Positions 38,231 to 51,270 are shown, counted from the first letter of the whole stretch. The stretch is DNA of 63,249 nt, filler included, from Collodictyon triciliatum (GCA_043381765.1; 10 parts of 10 records of this genome joined end to end with filler, not necessarily neighbours in it); one strand, 5' to 3'. Notes: generated by a model from the letters alone, not told the origin. Numbers and translations: made by a program.

Positions 38231-41200
38231 TTATTCGGCCTCCTTTGTGGACGGGTTGCTACGAGAGGGAACGCTCCAGGGCATGGACCCCATGCTTCTC
38301 GCAGCCCTTCTGTTGCTGACCAGGTTTGGGACAGGCTCTGTAAGGGAATAGTGCTGAGTAAAGTACGACTCGCCAGTAGGTCTTTTGTCTTCGTCCATCC
38401 TGCGGCGTTCTTGAATAGCCTTTGCTGCTTGGTTCAGTTCACACTCTTCCACAGAATACAGCGATCTGATTTGTTGGTCGTACATTCTAGAAAGATGTCT
38501 CCCTTCAATTCTTAAAACGATGATTTTGTTCACCAACACCCGGGAATGCTGCGTTGCCGAGTAAAAGTACTCGACGAGGTTGCAGTGGGTCAGCTCAGCG
38601 ATAGTCTGATTTTCGTACTTTTTACACGTTGCATCTATTCTAAACTTTGACAACTCCGACAAATCGGAAATGTCTTGTTGAGAAATATGGAATAGTTCAA
38701 GAAGGACACTCTTGTGACCGTTAATGATATCTTTACCAAACTTCTCCCAAGGTAGATGAAAGACCTTCAGAAACAAACTGCGAAATCCCATGTCCCAAAG
38801 CCATTGGACGAATTCTCCGTGAAACATGTCTTTTATAAATGAGTATTTAGCAGGGAGCTTTCTGTATACAAATGTCTCTGTTATTGGGTCGTTCGAGGTA
38901 GAAAAAGATTCTATGTAATCCAATATATCGTCCAGAGTAGGTCGCAGTTTATAGTTTTGTCTCCAGCAAGCTTCAATTAATTTGTGGAAAGCAAATGGTG
39001 TATCAGATGGTATTTTAGGCCTCATACCTCGGATGGTAAGGTTTCGTGTGTAACTTTCGTTCAAAAATGGCTCGGTGCCCGAAAACATATACCAAAGCAG
39101 CAGGCCAAAGGCATATATGTTACTAGGCGTCCCACGATGTCCGACGTTGATTCCCTCATAAGGCGCGTATTCAGGGCCGTCTTCGTCGTAAAAAGACTTA
39201 CAAACCACATCATGGATTTCTGGAGCTTGCCAACAACATGTTCCGTATTGCTTCCATTCTCCATACATCGTCGGTAAATGAGACCCCACCTTTTCGCGGC
39301 TGCGTCGGCTTATTATACCAAAGTCTGATATCTTGATTCGATCACTTTCAACCATGATGTTATCTGCCTTGAGATCTTCATGGTAGAGGTCCAAAGTCTG
39401 CATGAATTTTAGGCCCATGCAAATTTGATACGAGTAATTGATGATACATAAGTTGCCTGGTTTTTGGATTCCCTGGTCTTCCATAATTGTTTTCAGTGAA
39501 ACACCTGCATATCCCATGACCATATAAAATTCACCGTCTATCACAGAGGCTTGAAAAATTTCAACTATATTGGCGCAGCCTCTGCACTCTGCCAACATCT
39601 GAGCCTCCAAGATAATGGAATCAAGAACTTGCTGCAATGTCTGCGCCCCACTGGCTCGGATGGGTTGAATTTTAACTACAGCTTTCTTACCAAGATAATT
39701 TTTTGTTAGGTAAACCCTTCCAAACGACCCTTTTGCGATGTACTGAATCAGTTCGATAGGTTCATCCGTCCATATGTTTTGCAGTCTACCACGAATGCTT
39801 CCAAGGTCCGTATCACTGCCCTGTTTCTGGCTGCTGGTATGTTGTCGACGTTTCACTTGGGATTGCCGCTCCATAAGCCCTATTTTATATATTTACTCCT
39901 TAATTGAAGAAATTCCCTTCATAATAAATTTATCGATTTTTCTGTTAAATGTTTTTTTTTCAGAGAATTTATGAAAAGTGATGAGAAATTGGATAAAAAA
40001 GCCTATTGAAAAGCCACCTTCTTCACTGTATACTCTCCCCTTCTTTACCATCATAATATCAAGGTTGTGTCCATAAGTACATCTAGACAGATCTGAGTTG
40101 GTAAAATGCGTCGGTGTCCGAATGATTCCAATACTGGCATGTGCACGACATATGTAGCATTGCATTTCAGAATGTAAAAACACATTGGGTCGGATAGATA
40201 ATATTCTATCCTTCAAAAAGCAAATAATATCAAAACACTCCGGGGATGGTGAGTGATTTGCTTCTACATAGTATTTTCTAACTTTTAGGGTTAGTTTGTC
40301 TCCCTGAATTAAAAATAAAACAATAAAATCACTTCCTGGGACCAGATCAAATGATACATGAGGTCTATCTCTGTCTGTATATGTTGGATAGTTCTGCCTC
40401 CCAGAAAGATGAATCAGAGCAGTATTTTTAAAAAAGTAGTTTTGGAAAGTTGCATCAGCTGTCGTATTTTTTGAAAGTCGAAGTGCATGTATGATAATAT
40501 TGCTTTGGTATGACTCATCTATTCCTCGTTGACTTATTAAATCGATGGATACTTCTGAAATGCAGTTCCATTCAGGCGTTTCATTCCATATTGCTTTTAG
40601 ATTTTCATTCAACCTCATCAAAAACGGAAACGCGATACATTCTTTGTTAAACATGATTCCAAGTCCAAATCGGTCAAACATATTCAAAACCAGTGAAAAT
40701 ATTTCATCCTCGATAGTAATACCAAACAATCTGTTCAGTTTATCTCTTAGTTGTTTGAGAAGCACAATCCCACCATGTTCTTTGCCAACTCCTCTGAAGC
40801 TAAAAACACATCGAAATATATTTACCAAGAAGCATGGGTCCAAAAAAACTGTGCTGCTAAGGCCTTGAATTCTGTGATACCATACAACCGACCCCAACTC
40901 ATGGAGGAAAATCATGGATGCCTTACAGGTACTGCTATCCATGTTCAAAGTCGAGCTGCAATAGTGTTGGAGCATATCGAAGGGCATATATTTGGTTGAA
41001 TTTCGACAGCCATCGACATAGTTTTTTAACTGAAAGTACGATAAAGGTATATGTTTGTTTACATATTCAAGACTCAGCATCCCTCTATAGATAGAACTTT
41101 TCAGTTCAGATATACCAACACCGGTGCGGTTACTGACCTTGATACTAGTCTCTATAAAAAAGTGCCCTGGATATCTTTTGACTAGTTCATCAATGTCATT

Positions 41201-43506
41201 CTGCATTCTGCGGGACCATAATATTTCCTCCTTATCCTGGTGCGTTCCAACGATGATAACAGTAGATTGCGGAGAAAAGTCATCCATCATCTTAACCCAC
41301 CGGTTTAAATTGTTTTCGGTTATGTATTTATCAAGGCGATATAGAATTAGGATTAGCGCTCCAGGTGTTAGAAAAAAAGGGTGAGTGACCTGAAATTCAT
41401 CCTGTCCCCCAAAGTCCCATGCTGTTACAGTGATGGAATCCCCTTGATTGTCGACAGAAGAATCAAAAAGTACCAAATCAATAAATTCAATACCGTCTGT
41501 TCTTTCTTTCTCAAGTGAAACTGCACTTTTAAACTCGTTTCCATGTTGAGATATGGAATCCACGATTGTAGATTTCCCTGCCATGGATTCACCTAGAATA
41601 AGAAGTCTTCCACGCGACCATTTTTTCGAACCGCCTTTCCTCGTTTCTCGAATGAAAATAAAAAGCCCTTCAGAACCTTGACTGATAACATTTTGAGGAA
41701 CATTCTCTATAGGGTTTCCTTCGACGAGCAAACCAGAGGTCAATTTATTTAAATCTCCTATAACATCGGGTAAAATACTGACCTGGATTGTTTTTTTTTT
41801 GGGCGTGTGTTAACTTTCTTGATTTATACCATATTATCTCATATAGACCTTCCGATACATAACATGCATAAAGCCAAACACGACCACGTGGAGAGAAAGT
41901 TTGATTATAACCTCTCTTTTTTTTTCAAAAAAAAAAAGCATTGTTTCATTTTCGAATACCTTATTGAATCTAATGTCAAGCATCGACAAATCTTGCAAGT
42001 TTTGGACAAATTGGGGTATACATGTTATCTGCGGTGTGTATAAATATTTTCATATTTGGCTACTTTTAACAAGCCATTTTAATATATCTGCTTCAAAATT
42101 TTAAAAAAAAAAAGGATAGAAAAGGGGAAAGAAAAACAACATACGAGATTACAAGACAAGTCTAGGTGTCGTATGTCCCCCATAAGACGTAAACACACAG
42201 GAAATTCGACCAGCTAAATATCTGGAGTAAGTAAACATCACTAAATAATACATAAATTTATCAAGTACCTGATTTCTTCGGAGACAGAGTTTCCTGATAC
42301 TTGTTAATGATGAAAAATATGTAGGGAGAGAACTGATCTGCCAGGTATAAATTAGGTTAAGATGAGTCATGCTAGTCCATTGATATCATAAACTAGGATA
42401 ACATAGGCATTAAGAAAATGTGTTTCAGTAAAAAAAAAAAAAAAATAGACTTTGTTGAAGGAGAAATCAATGGCTTCAAGTGAGGAGCACTGATACAGGT
42501 AATCTGAAATGTCCTCCAAATCTTTGTTGGTTGCCAGAAGGTCATACATATCGAATAGTATTGTGGATTTTTCTAGGTCACTAGCTTTGGAATCTAATAC
42601 CCGTTGCATCTCTCCCCAACTAGGTATCTTAGTGAGTGTAATTGGTATTCGTATTACAGCACTATTTTTACTCTTCAAGTTCAATTTTTTCAACCGCGTG
42701 AGCATAGAAATTCCACTATCCAATAATTCAATCTATTTCGTTGTAGAAAGAAGGGCAATAAATTAGATGAATTAGAATTGCTTGATGATCCTATTTTTTT
42801 TGCCGTAAGAAGTGTAAAAAACAAACAAACATTAACTAAAGGACATGCTTTTTTCTATGTATAAAATAGTGAAATTTTAAAGTATTGAAACGATTTAAGT
42901 TCATCAAATATTCAATAGTTATCAACAACAAACTGTGTTGTCACTTATGTCCAAACACGTCATTTTTTGTAAGGCAGAAACTCCCAGCGGTAGAAACGAG
43001 AGCTGGTTCTTTTCAGCATACAGCCCATACAGTGATGTTAATAGCGATATACTACTCGGCAATTCTCTCAGGCGATTACCTCCAATCCACAGTGAGTAAA
43101 GATTATACAGATTTGAAATACCGAGTGAGAGGCTCTCGATCTTATTATTTGCAATAGACAAAAACTGAAGATTGGATAGATGGTCTAGGAAAGAAGGATA
43201 GGTGTCTAGCTCGTTATTGTTAAGGAAAAGCGCCTTCAATATTCTCATATTCCGAAATCCGTCAGGAAGCTCAGTGATATTATTTCTCTGTAGGTAAAGT
43301 GCCCGCAGGGAGGAGAGATGAGACAATTTCTCAGGAAGTGTTTGAAGACGGTTTCCAGCCAGGTCGAGCTCTTGCAAGCGGGTGAGTGTGATAATCTCTC
43401 TGGGGATTTCGTGAAGGCCACGGTTTGACAGGTTGACATCTGCTTTGGAGGAAAGGGCGTTGAAGTCTATCTCACTCCCAAGCTGCGTGATGCTTCGGGT
43501 ACTCAT
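38231..43506 (-). CDS. Roco protein kinase (LRR-ROC-COR-TKL kinase-SAM-like tail), about 1490 aa
   Basis: Exons 43506-42934, 42732-42451, 42337-42269, 42213-42145, 42028-41960, 41782-40018 and 39879-38231 join in frame. LRRs, then ROC (GESMAGKST, TDGI, WDFGGQ, VGTHQD, VSNRTG), COR (FLHELGSVVWY, VFLDP), and kinase (GSFGRVY, VVK, HEDLKADN, DFG, APE). Confidence 0.95.
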
Positions 43507-44372
43507 ACGCGGCAATCTGTATTGATTTGGTTTGCAAAAATCTTTGTGGATAGCTTCTCACAAGCAGGTCGGATGTGATCGAATCGAACTTGAGATGATC
43601 ATGTCATACATGTGGAATAATGTTTAGGGAAGTCCCACCAGATTTATTCCTTTCCTCGATTTTTTTTCGTTTTCTTTGTCTCTTTTTTCTTGTTTCTTTT
43701 TGTTCTTTTTGTTCTTTTTGTTCTTTTTGTTCTTTTTGTTCTTTTTGTTCTTTTTGTTCTTTTTGTTTTCTCGTTTTCATTTTCATTCTCATTTTTTCGT
43801 TTTTTAATTTTTCATTTTTTCATTTTTTCATTTTTTTCATTTTTTTCATTTTTTCATTTTTTCATTTTTTTCATTTTTTCATTTTTTTCATTTTTTCATT
43901 TTTTTTGATTTTCTTATTTTTCATTTCTTTTTCTCTTTTCTCTTTTTTCTTTTCTTTTTCTTTTTTCTCTTTTTCCTGATTTCTTTTTCTTTTTCTTTTT
44001 CTTACTTTTTCTTTTTCTTTTTCTTTTTTCTTTTTTCTTTTTTCTTTTTTCTTTTTTTTCTTTTCTTTTTTCTTTTTTCTTTTTTCTTTTTTCTTTTTCT
44101 TTTTCTTTTTCTTTTTCTTTTCTTTTTCTTTTTGTTCTTTTTGTTCTTTTCTCTTTTTCTTTTTTCTTTTTTCTCTTTCTTTTTTCTCTTTCTTTTTTCT
44201 TTTTCTTTCTCTTTTTCTTTTTCTTTTTCTTTTTCTTTTTCTTTTTCTTTTTCTTTTTTCTTTTTCTTTTTTNNNNNNNNNNNNNNNNNNNNNNNNNNNN
44301 NNNNNNNNNNNNNNNNTTAATTAATTAANNNNNNNNNNNNNNNNNNNNNNNNNNNNNNNNNNNNNNNNNNNN

Positions 44373-46285
44373 TGTCAAAATCAAGCTGAAATCAGGAAAG
44401 CTCCACATTTTGATTGTTGTGTCATCACTTCCTGACAAAAATTTCGTGCCATCTGAGAGAACTGATATTCCGTTTACTGGACCTCCATGTTCACTCAGAA
44501 TATGTATGGTCACTCCATTTGAATAATTCCAAATTCTAATTGTATTATCACTGCTTCCAGAAATAATTTTAGAGCCATCAGTAGAAATCGAAACAGTTCT
44601 CACTATTCCAGTGTGCCCATTGAGTGTGCGAATTAAAATTCCATCTAAAATGCTCGTAATTTTGATTGATTTATCGCTGCTTCCAGAAACAATTTTTGTT
44701 CCATCTGATGTGATTAGAACGCAGTTCACAGAATCAGTGTGAACTTTTATATCATGGACTAATGTTCCATCAAAAAAATTCCAAACCTTAATTGTTTTAT
44801 CAGCACTGCCAGATACAATTTTTGAATTATCAGGAGTTAAAGCAACACTCGTTACTATTCCAGTGTGTCCATTCAACGCTCTAATCAATTTTCCATCAGA
44901 TATGTTTGTTATTCTTATTATTTTATCGTTGCTTCCTGATATAATTTTTGATCCATCTGAAGTTAAAGCAACTGAGTTGACTGATTCAGAATGTATTTCA
45001 AATGATTGAATCAAAGAACCGTCTTCAACATTCCATAACTTGATTGTTTTATCCGAACTTCCAGAGATTATTGTGGAGCCATCTGCTGTTAAAGTTAATG
45101 CGTTAACTTCATTTGTATGTCCAATCAATGTCTCGATTAAATTGCCATTTGAAAGATTCCATATTCTAATGATATTATCTGAGTGCCCTGAAATAAAAGT
45201 TGACTTAGACTGAGAAGAAATGATACTTGTAACTTTGGAACCTCTTGAGTAAACAGGACTTCCATCATTAAAATTCCAAAGTCTTACAGTTCGGTCTACG
45301 CTCCCAGAAATAATTTTTGAGCCATCAGGGGATACGAAAACACTTAGAACAGTACTAGTATGGCCAGACAAAGTGCGAATCAATGCTCCGTCAGAAAGGT
45401 TCCAAATTTTGATTGTTCGGTCTATGCTTCCGGAAACGATGTACGAACCATCAATAGTAACAGCAACGCTCCAAATACCATCATTATGACCAATTAATGT
45501 GCGAATCAAATCTCCATCAGAAAGGTTCCAGATTCTGATTGTTTTATCCCAGCTTCCAGAAATAATATTTGAACCATCAATAGTAACAACAACACTCCAA
45601 ACATAATCAGTATGATCAGTCAAAGTGCGAATCAAAGCTCCATTATAAAAATTCCAAAGTCTTACAGTTCGGTCATCACTTCCAGAAACAATTTTTGAAC
45701 TATCAGGAGTAACAGCAACACTTAAAACATCACCAGTATGACCAATTAATGTGCGAATCAAAGTTCCATCAGAAATATTCCAGATTTTGATTGTATTATC
45801 TAAACTTCCAGAAACAATTTTTGAGCCATCAGGAGAAATTGCAACATTGCTAACATAACTAATATGACTAGTCAATGTGCGAATCAAAGCTCCATCAAAA
45901 ATATTCCAAATCTTTATTGTATTATCACTGCTTCCAGAAACAACTTTTGAGCCATCAGGAGTAACAGCAACACTCCTAACAACCCAAGTATGACCAAACA
46001 ATGTACGAATCAAAGCTCCATCAGAAAGATTCCAAATCTTGATTGTATTATCACTGCTTCCAGAGACAATTTTTGAACCATCAGGAGTAACAGCAACACT
46101 CCACACAGTACTTGTGTGGCCAGCTGCAACTGTGTAAATCGAAGAAACTTGTGCAGAGGTCGATGAAATATATACAAGGATGGTGGCAACTAATAGACGA
46201 ATATGTTATAAAAAGAAAAGAGAGTGATTAGAAATGAAAAGGGCTTACCCAGTATTATTTGCTGAAGTTGTGGACTTTTCCTCAT
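44373..46285 (-). CDS. Signal-peptide-bearing WD40 protein, at least 14 repeats of about 42 aa with high internal conservation, 3'-partial
   Basis: Exon 1 (46285-46249), a 59-nt GT-AG intron (46248-46190) and exon 2 give MRKSPQLQQIILVATILVYISSTSA-QVSSIYTVAAGHTSTVWSV..., in frame with ORF 44325..46106. Confidence 0.9.
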
Positions 46286-47879
46286 CGGTGTAGAGCCTAT
46301 TGACGTATTATAATTCATTATAATTTTCGTCTATAAACAGCATCTTTTAACTCTCTTAATTCATCCAATATTTTCTTGTAATTTTCGGCCTTCTGTTTTC
46401 TAATTAATTCGAATATTGTGATTTATATTTGATAGTAACTGATATATAATCGGATTTCCGTTATTTTGAATTTTTGATCGACTAATTCTGAACAAAAATT
46501 GCAATTTTGATTCGAAGTTTTATCACTATTTTCTAAGTGTTACAGAAAAATTCATATAGCATGATAGCATAAGGTGATATGAGATTATAGAAAAAAAGCT
46601 AACGCACAATTTTATAAACTAACATATCTTAGTTGCATGGTATTATATCATTTGACTAAAAATATTTTATAAATGGTAATTGTGAAGTGTAGTTTTTAAG
46701 AATATTTCTCTTTTAACAGCATTTTTAAAATGTAAATTTCGATAGATTTTATAATTTCGCATATAAGTATCATAAAATGGATTAGAAAATTGTGTTGATA
46801 TTCGAGATAATAAATTCATATTTTATTTCAATTTTTGATAATGCTGATAAATTTTGTTTTGTCTTATTCAATCATCATTTTCAGTATAATATCATGTCCA
46901 TAATTTTAGTTAAAATAAATAGATTCTATAGTTCAACTCTAAGTTGAAATTTATGCCAAATAAAGAACCGAAAAATACACTAATTTGCACAAGAAAATCT
47001 ATCTAAAATTTAATAGTATTTAAAAATTGAATTTTAATCTTTGGGTTAAAAATATGCTACGTGAGTTTGACAAGTATATGATCAAAATTTCATTTTTCTT
47101 TTTCTACATCACCAAAAATGGGAAAGATAAAAAATCTGCTCAGTAACCGATTTATTTATGACAAATTGTGATTTAAAAATAAAAATAAATTAAATGTAAA
47201 ACATGAAGCCTTTTAAATCGGTATAATTCAACTTAAATTCGTCGATTATACATAAAATTTCTGATAAACTATTTAAAATTTTGGAATAATGCGAATAATC
47301 ATTCATTTACTCATAATATTGCAAATTAATTAAATTCAGTCGTTTGCATTTACCTCACACTAAATTTCAAAGATAAGATGATACTCATAAAAGCCTAGAA
47401 TTATTTTATTCAAATAAGATCAATAAAGATATGTAAATTCATATGGATCATTATTGTGTGAAGAATTTATAATTTATTCCAATCAATAAATTAATCGCTT
47501 CTATCCAGATAGATTACAAAATGAAATGAGCGCTTTATTTTATCGAAATATTTATATCTAATCCGATGAAAAATTATGAGAAATTAAATTAATTAAGTTC
47601 ATATTTATCGTATGTGAAAAAACTGAGAAAGCAAATCAAATACGGTTTAACTAATATATCGTTCGAAAAAAGACACAAAATAAATTGCTAAAGTCACCAT
47701 TTCAAATAGAGAGAATTCAACACTTTTACCTATCGATTATTTTTAATTTTTGAGGTACAAGGATATTTTTGTTTCCTTACCTTATAATTAACAGAGTTAC
47801 ACAATAAATCCACGAAATCTAATAATCAAGAGAGAGCATAATAAAACCCTGATATCGTCTCAATAAAATGTATCATTAT

Positions 47880-48860
47880 ATCAAAGTATGGAAAAAAGAG
47901 AATGATTTTTTAAAAGATATTGTTGGTAAATTGAGTGAATTATAACCGATGGGTTCCGTTTCGAAGAGATTTGATGTTCCATGGATAAGTGAGTATAGCG
48001 CAGATGTCCAAGAAACTGATGCAATTGTTCTTTTGTATTTTTTTTTTGCTTCAGAATCGTGAGCAACGCTGATGGTATAACTAAGCCTAATTATACTATC
48101 AAACAAAAACATTGCACCATAATTTTCAAAAAAAATATGCAATCTCCCAAAAACCGAATAAAAATATCATCAGTGCTCTAAAATGCCTGGGCCTAACCGC
48201 CCAAGATGCTTCATTGAGGAGAAATAAAGGAATTTTGATTGTACCCATGCTCTCCACGTTCATGATGGGCTTACAAACCTCCATAGAGTTTCAACATAAA
48301 ATGTGAAATAGGTTGAATGAATTACTTCGTCCATTTAGCTAGCAGTAATTTGTAATAATGAAGAACCATATGAATTATTCTAAAATAGAAAATGAATTCG
48401 ATGGCTAGAAAAAATTGCATATCATATAATAAAGAATATTCATGATTATCGGTTCGAATAACTGAACTTGCAATACCTATCGAACAGTCAAGAATGATTG
48501 AAGAAAAGGGACAATTTGTAAACCCGCAGCATAATCCTGAAGGCATCATAATCTAAGAAAAACTTCAGGTGTAAATTTTAAGAATGATTTTTTTAAAAAA
48601 GAGAAGTATTATGCATTATACCACTGATAAAAAGTTTTTATGATGTGAATTACAAAAAATTATAGATGAGGCTTATCTTGATAAACCTAGACATTTGAAA
48701 GTTGCTAATAGTCGGTAAAAAATCAAAGGAAATCGAGATATGGTATGCGAGTAGGCGTGAATTTAATGCTGGTTTTCTTGATTTGACATCTGGGCATAGT
48801 TCTCTCGCTTTTATCAGCCAAGTTTCTGGTGATGGATTACACCACATCAATTTTTACGTA
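47880..48860 (+). pseudogene. Decayed coding-like segment of unknown family
   Basis: Protein-like stretches broken by stops and frameshifts, with one intron-like gtgagt...cttcag. No motif recognised. Confidence 0.25.
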
Positions 48861-49977
48861 TGAACCATTATAATAAAAAAATTACGCAATCGGCGCAAAA
48901 AGTGTTCTTGAAATCGAAAATGATAGTTTATTCAAAATCAAATAATTTTAATATAAATACCTTTACCGTCTTCATAAATATTTCAGATACTATTGTTCGA
49001 GAAAATTGGCTACGTGCGGATCAATATTTACTAACATGGATGTTTATTATGCAGGAATACCGTCTCAGGCGAGCTATATAATAAAAATGCGACATATGTT
49101 TCTTTGGTGAAGATTTTTTATCTCTAAAAAATAAACATGACAAAATAATCTTTTCCTTCACATGATAGTTAATTAATAAATAAAAACCTTTGAAAATGAG
49201 AATGCTTGGATAATGTTGCTCGTGCACATGAGATATTTGAGATATTGATTTCAACCTGAACACAAAAACTAAATATTTTACTTCATGGATAAAAAATGTG
49301 AACCTTTTACACGTCCTGAAGTTAAAATAATAGCTTCTGATTTTTTCTTTCGCTGCTTTTGGTATATCAATATTGTTAATATTTATTTCTCCCGTGGCCC
49401 TGAGGAAAGACCGCCAGTCTAAGACCCTAATCAAACAGAATCTTTTTAATGGAAGAGCACAGAGGTTTAATAATATGAAAAGGGATTTTAAAAACCAGAT
49501 TGCTGTCATCAAATGGCCGATATGAAAGATGCTTCTCATACAAATCGTTTCAAAACAACACATAAAAATGCACGCTCTGGGGTCAAACAGTGTTTCTTTG
49601 CATAAGATAATAGCGTTCGTTCTTTTTTCTTTTATTCTTTAGTCAGTGATTGTAAGCTTGAGGCGGAAGAAATAGGTGAATCCGGGACGAGGAGGGCTTT
49701 GTCTGCTTCCAACACGAGCTTCGCCATCTCCGGAGTCAGGCGATGTGTGTGGTTTATTTGTTTGTGATTAATCAACCCGTGTTCGGAGTTTCGACGAAAT
49801 TCAAAGTGGGATAAGTGTTCGCAATATCAGCAACATACATTTGTGGAAATATAAAGAAAGATGAAGTTGATTACGAATATTCTTCATATTGATACCAATT
49901 ATGGAATTTATGATGTTATTATATTTGGACAAATTTAGCTGCGTATAATACAATATCATGTTACAATAAATATGCAT

Positions 49978-50599
49978 TTGGTTTCTTTTCAACAGTTTTA
50001 TTAAGAGAAATCGAAATGAAGAAGACCACCTTCGCCTCTAGGACAAGAATGAGCTATGGACAAGACAGTGGAAAACCCCGGATTGTGTGGTTGGATTTTT
50101 TGTGTTTTGGGTGGAAAGAAAAAGAGAAAGAAAAAGAAAAAAAGAAAAGGGAGAATGTGTTCTTTCACACGCGGACTATTCTACCCGAGGTGAATCAGCT
50201 CAAACGCGATTTCTGGTTGTATTCGAGACTGACAGAAGAGCGGATAAAGTTGTCGGGTCGATGAAAGTACGCACATGGCAGTTACTTCGATAAGCGATTA
50301 CGACGAGTCCATTCAACCATCTATCACAGACAAGTTTTACATCCTATTTCATTTCACAGGATGAGTCTTATGAGTGGACAACGAGTCACTTTCCTTGCGT
50401 TTCTTGCTGGGCGACTCAGATAGAAAGCGATACATCGTTGTTTGTCTGGAATTATCGGAAGTGGCGCTTGACCGTCCCCTGGCATCGGGACCATGCGTAG
50501 CCGGCAGTGGACTTTGCTTAACCGGAGTATGGATATGCGTTTGTGGTTTTAGAAACATACGCTCCTGCTTGCTCGGACTGCCTTTGGTGTGTGAAGTTC
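49978..50599 (-). mobile_element. 3' end of a dispersed repeat, probably a retroelement (ORF tail, 3' UTR with AATAAA)
   Basis: 49978-50092 is a near-identical reverse complement of 50700-50814 on a different contig. A minus-strand ORF ends at 50349, and the contig breaks inside the element. Confidence 0.6.
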
Positions 50600-50699
50600 N
50601 NNNNNNNNNNNNNNNNNNNNNNNNNNNNNNNNNNNNNNNNNNNTTAATTAATTAANNNNNNNNNNNNNNNNNNNNNNNNNNNNNNNNNNNNNNNNNNNN

Positions 50700-50823
50700 A
50701 ACCACACAATCCGGGGTTTTCCACTGTCTCGTCCACAGCTCATTTCTTGTCCTAGAGGCGAAGGCGGTTTCCTCGGCTTTGTTTTCTCTCAATAAACTGT
50801 TGAAAAGAAACCAATAAAAAAAA
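50700..50823 (+). mobile_element. Second copy of the same dispersed repeat 3' end
   Basis: aaccacacaatccggggttttccactgtc...aataaactgttgaaaagaaaccaa, followed by a short A tract. Confidence 0.65.
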
Positions 50824-51038
50824 TGAAAGTAACGAAACTGTTTGCAATTTTGAGATTCTCTTTATTCCTAGCTATCTACGATCACTACAACCACTAATCC
50901 ACTAATTCAGAAAACTAGGACATTGCCCTATTTTTTCCGCATTTGCTCCGTTAATCGCTTTTCTCATGACTTTTGCTTAGGATTCCACAGATAACCGAAA
51001 TTCCCTTGTAGAAAAAGAAATTTATCAGTCTCTTTCTC

Positions 51039-51270
51039 TTGCACACTCCGACCAGATCTTTCAAAAAAGTTCGAGCAACTTCAGACCCGAATCATAGGCA
51101 CATATTAGACCCACCTCACCATTTCCGCCAGCACACCACTATCGACTGGAACAGACAGCCTCTAATGCTCCAATGCCCAACACCAGCACAAGACGACTAT
51201 TTAGTCCCTCTCGTGAGGAATATTCTTTCTTTTTTAAAGCAAAGTAAAGATCAGTAAAAAAAAAAAAATA
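51039..51270 (+). mobile_element. Possible 5'-truncated retroposed fragment (ORF end directly followed by poly-A)
   Basis: GC-richer island whose stop codon TAA runs straight into an A tract. Confidence 0.3.

Noticed and set aside
44373-46121. 126-nt and 135-nt periodic repeats as CRISPR arrays or DGR-like cassettes
   Set aside because: They are in-frame WD40 coding repeats; there is no repeat-spacer structure, cas gene, or template/variable repeat pair with adenine-specific changes.
49978-50814. Inverted repeat as the terminal inverted repeats of one DNA transposon or a hairpin
   Set aside because: The two arms are on different contigs separated by an artificial spacer, so their orientation and distance are arbitrary.
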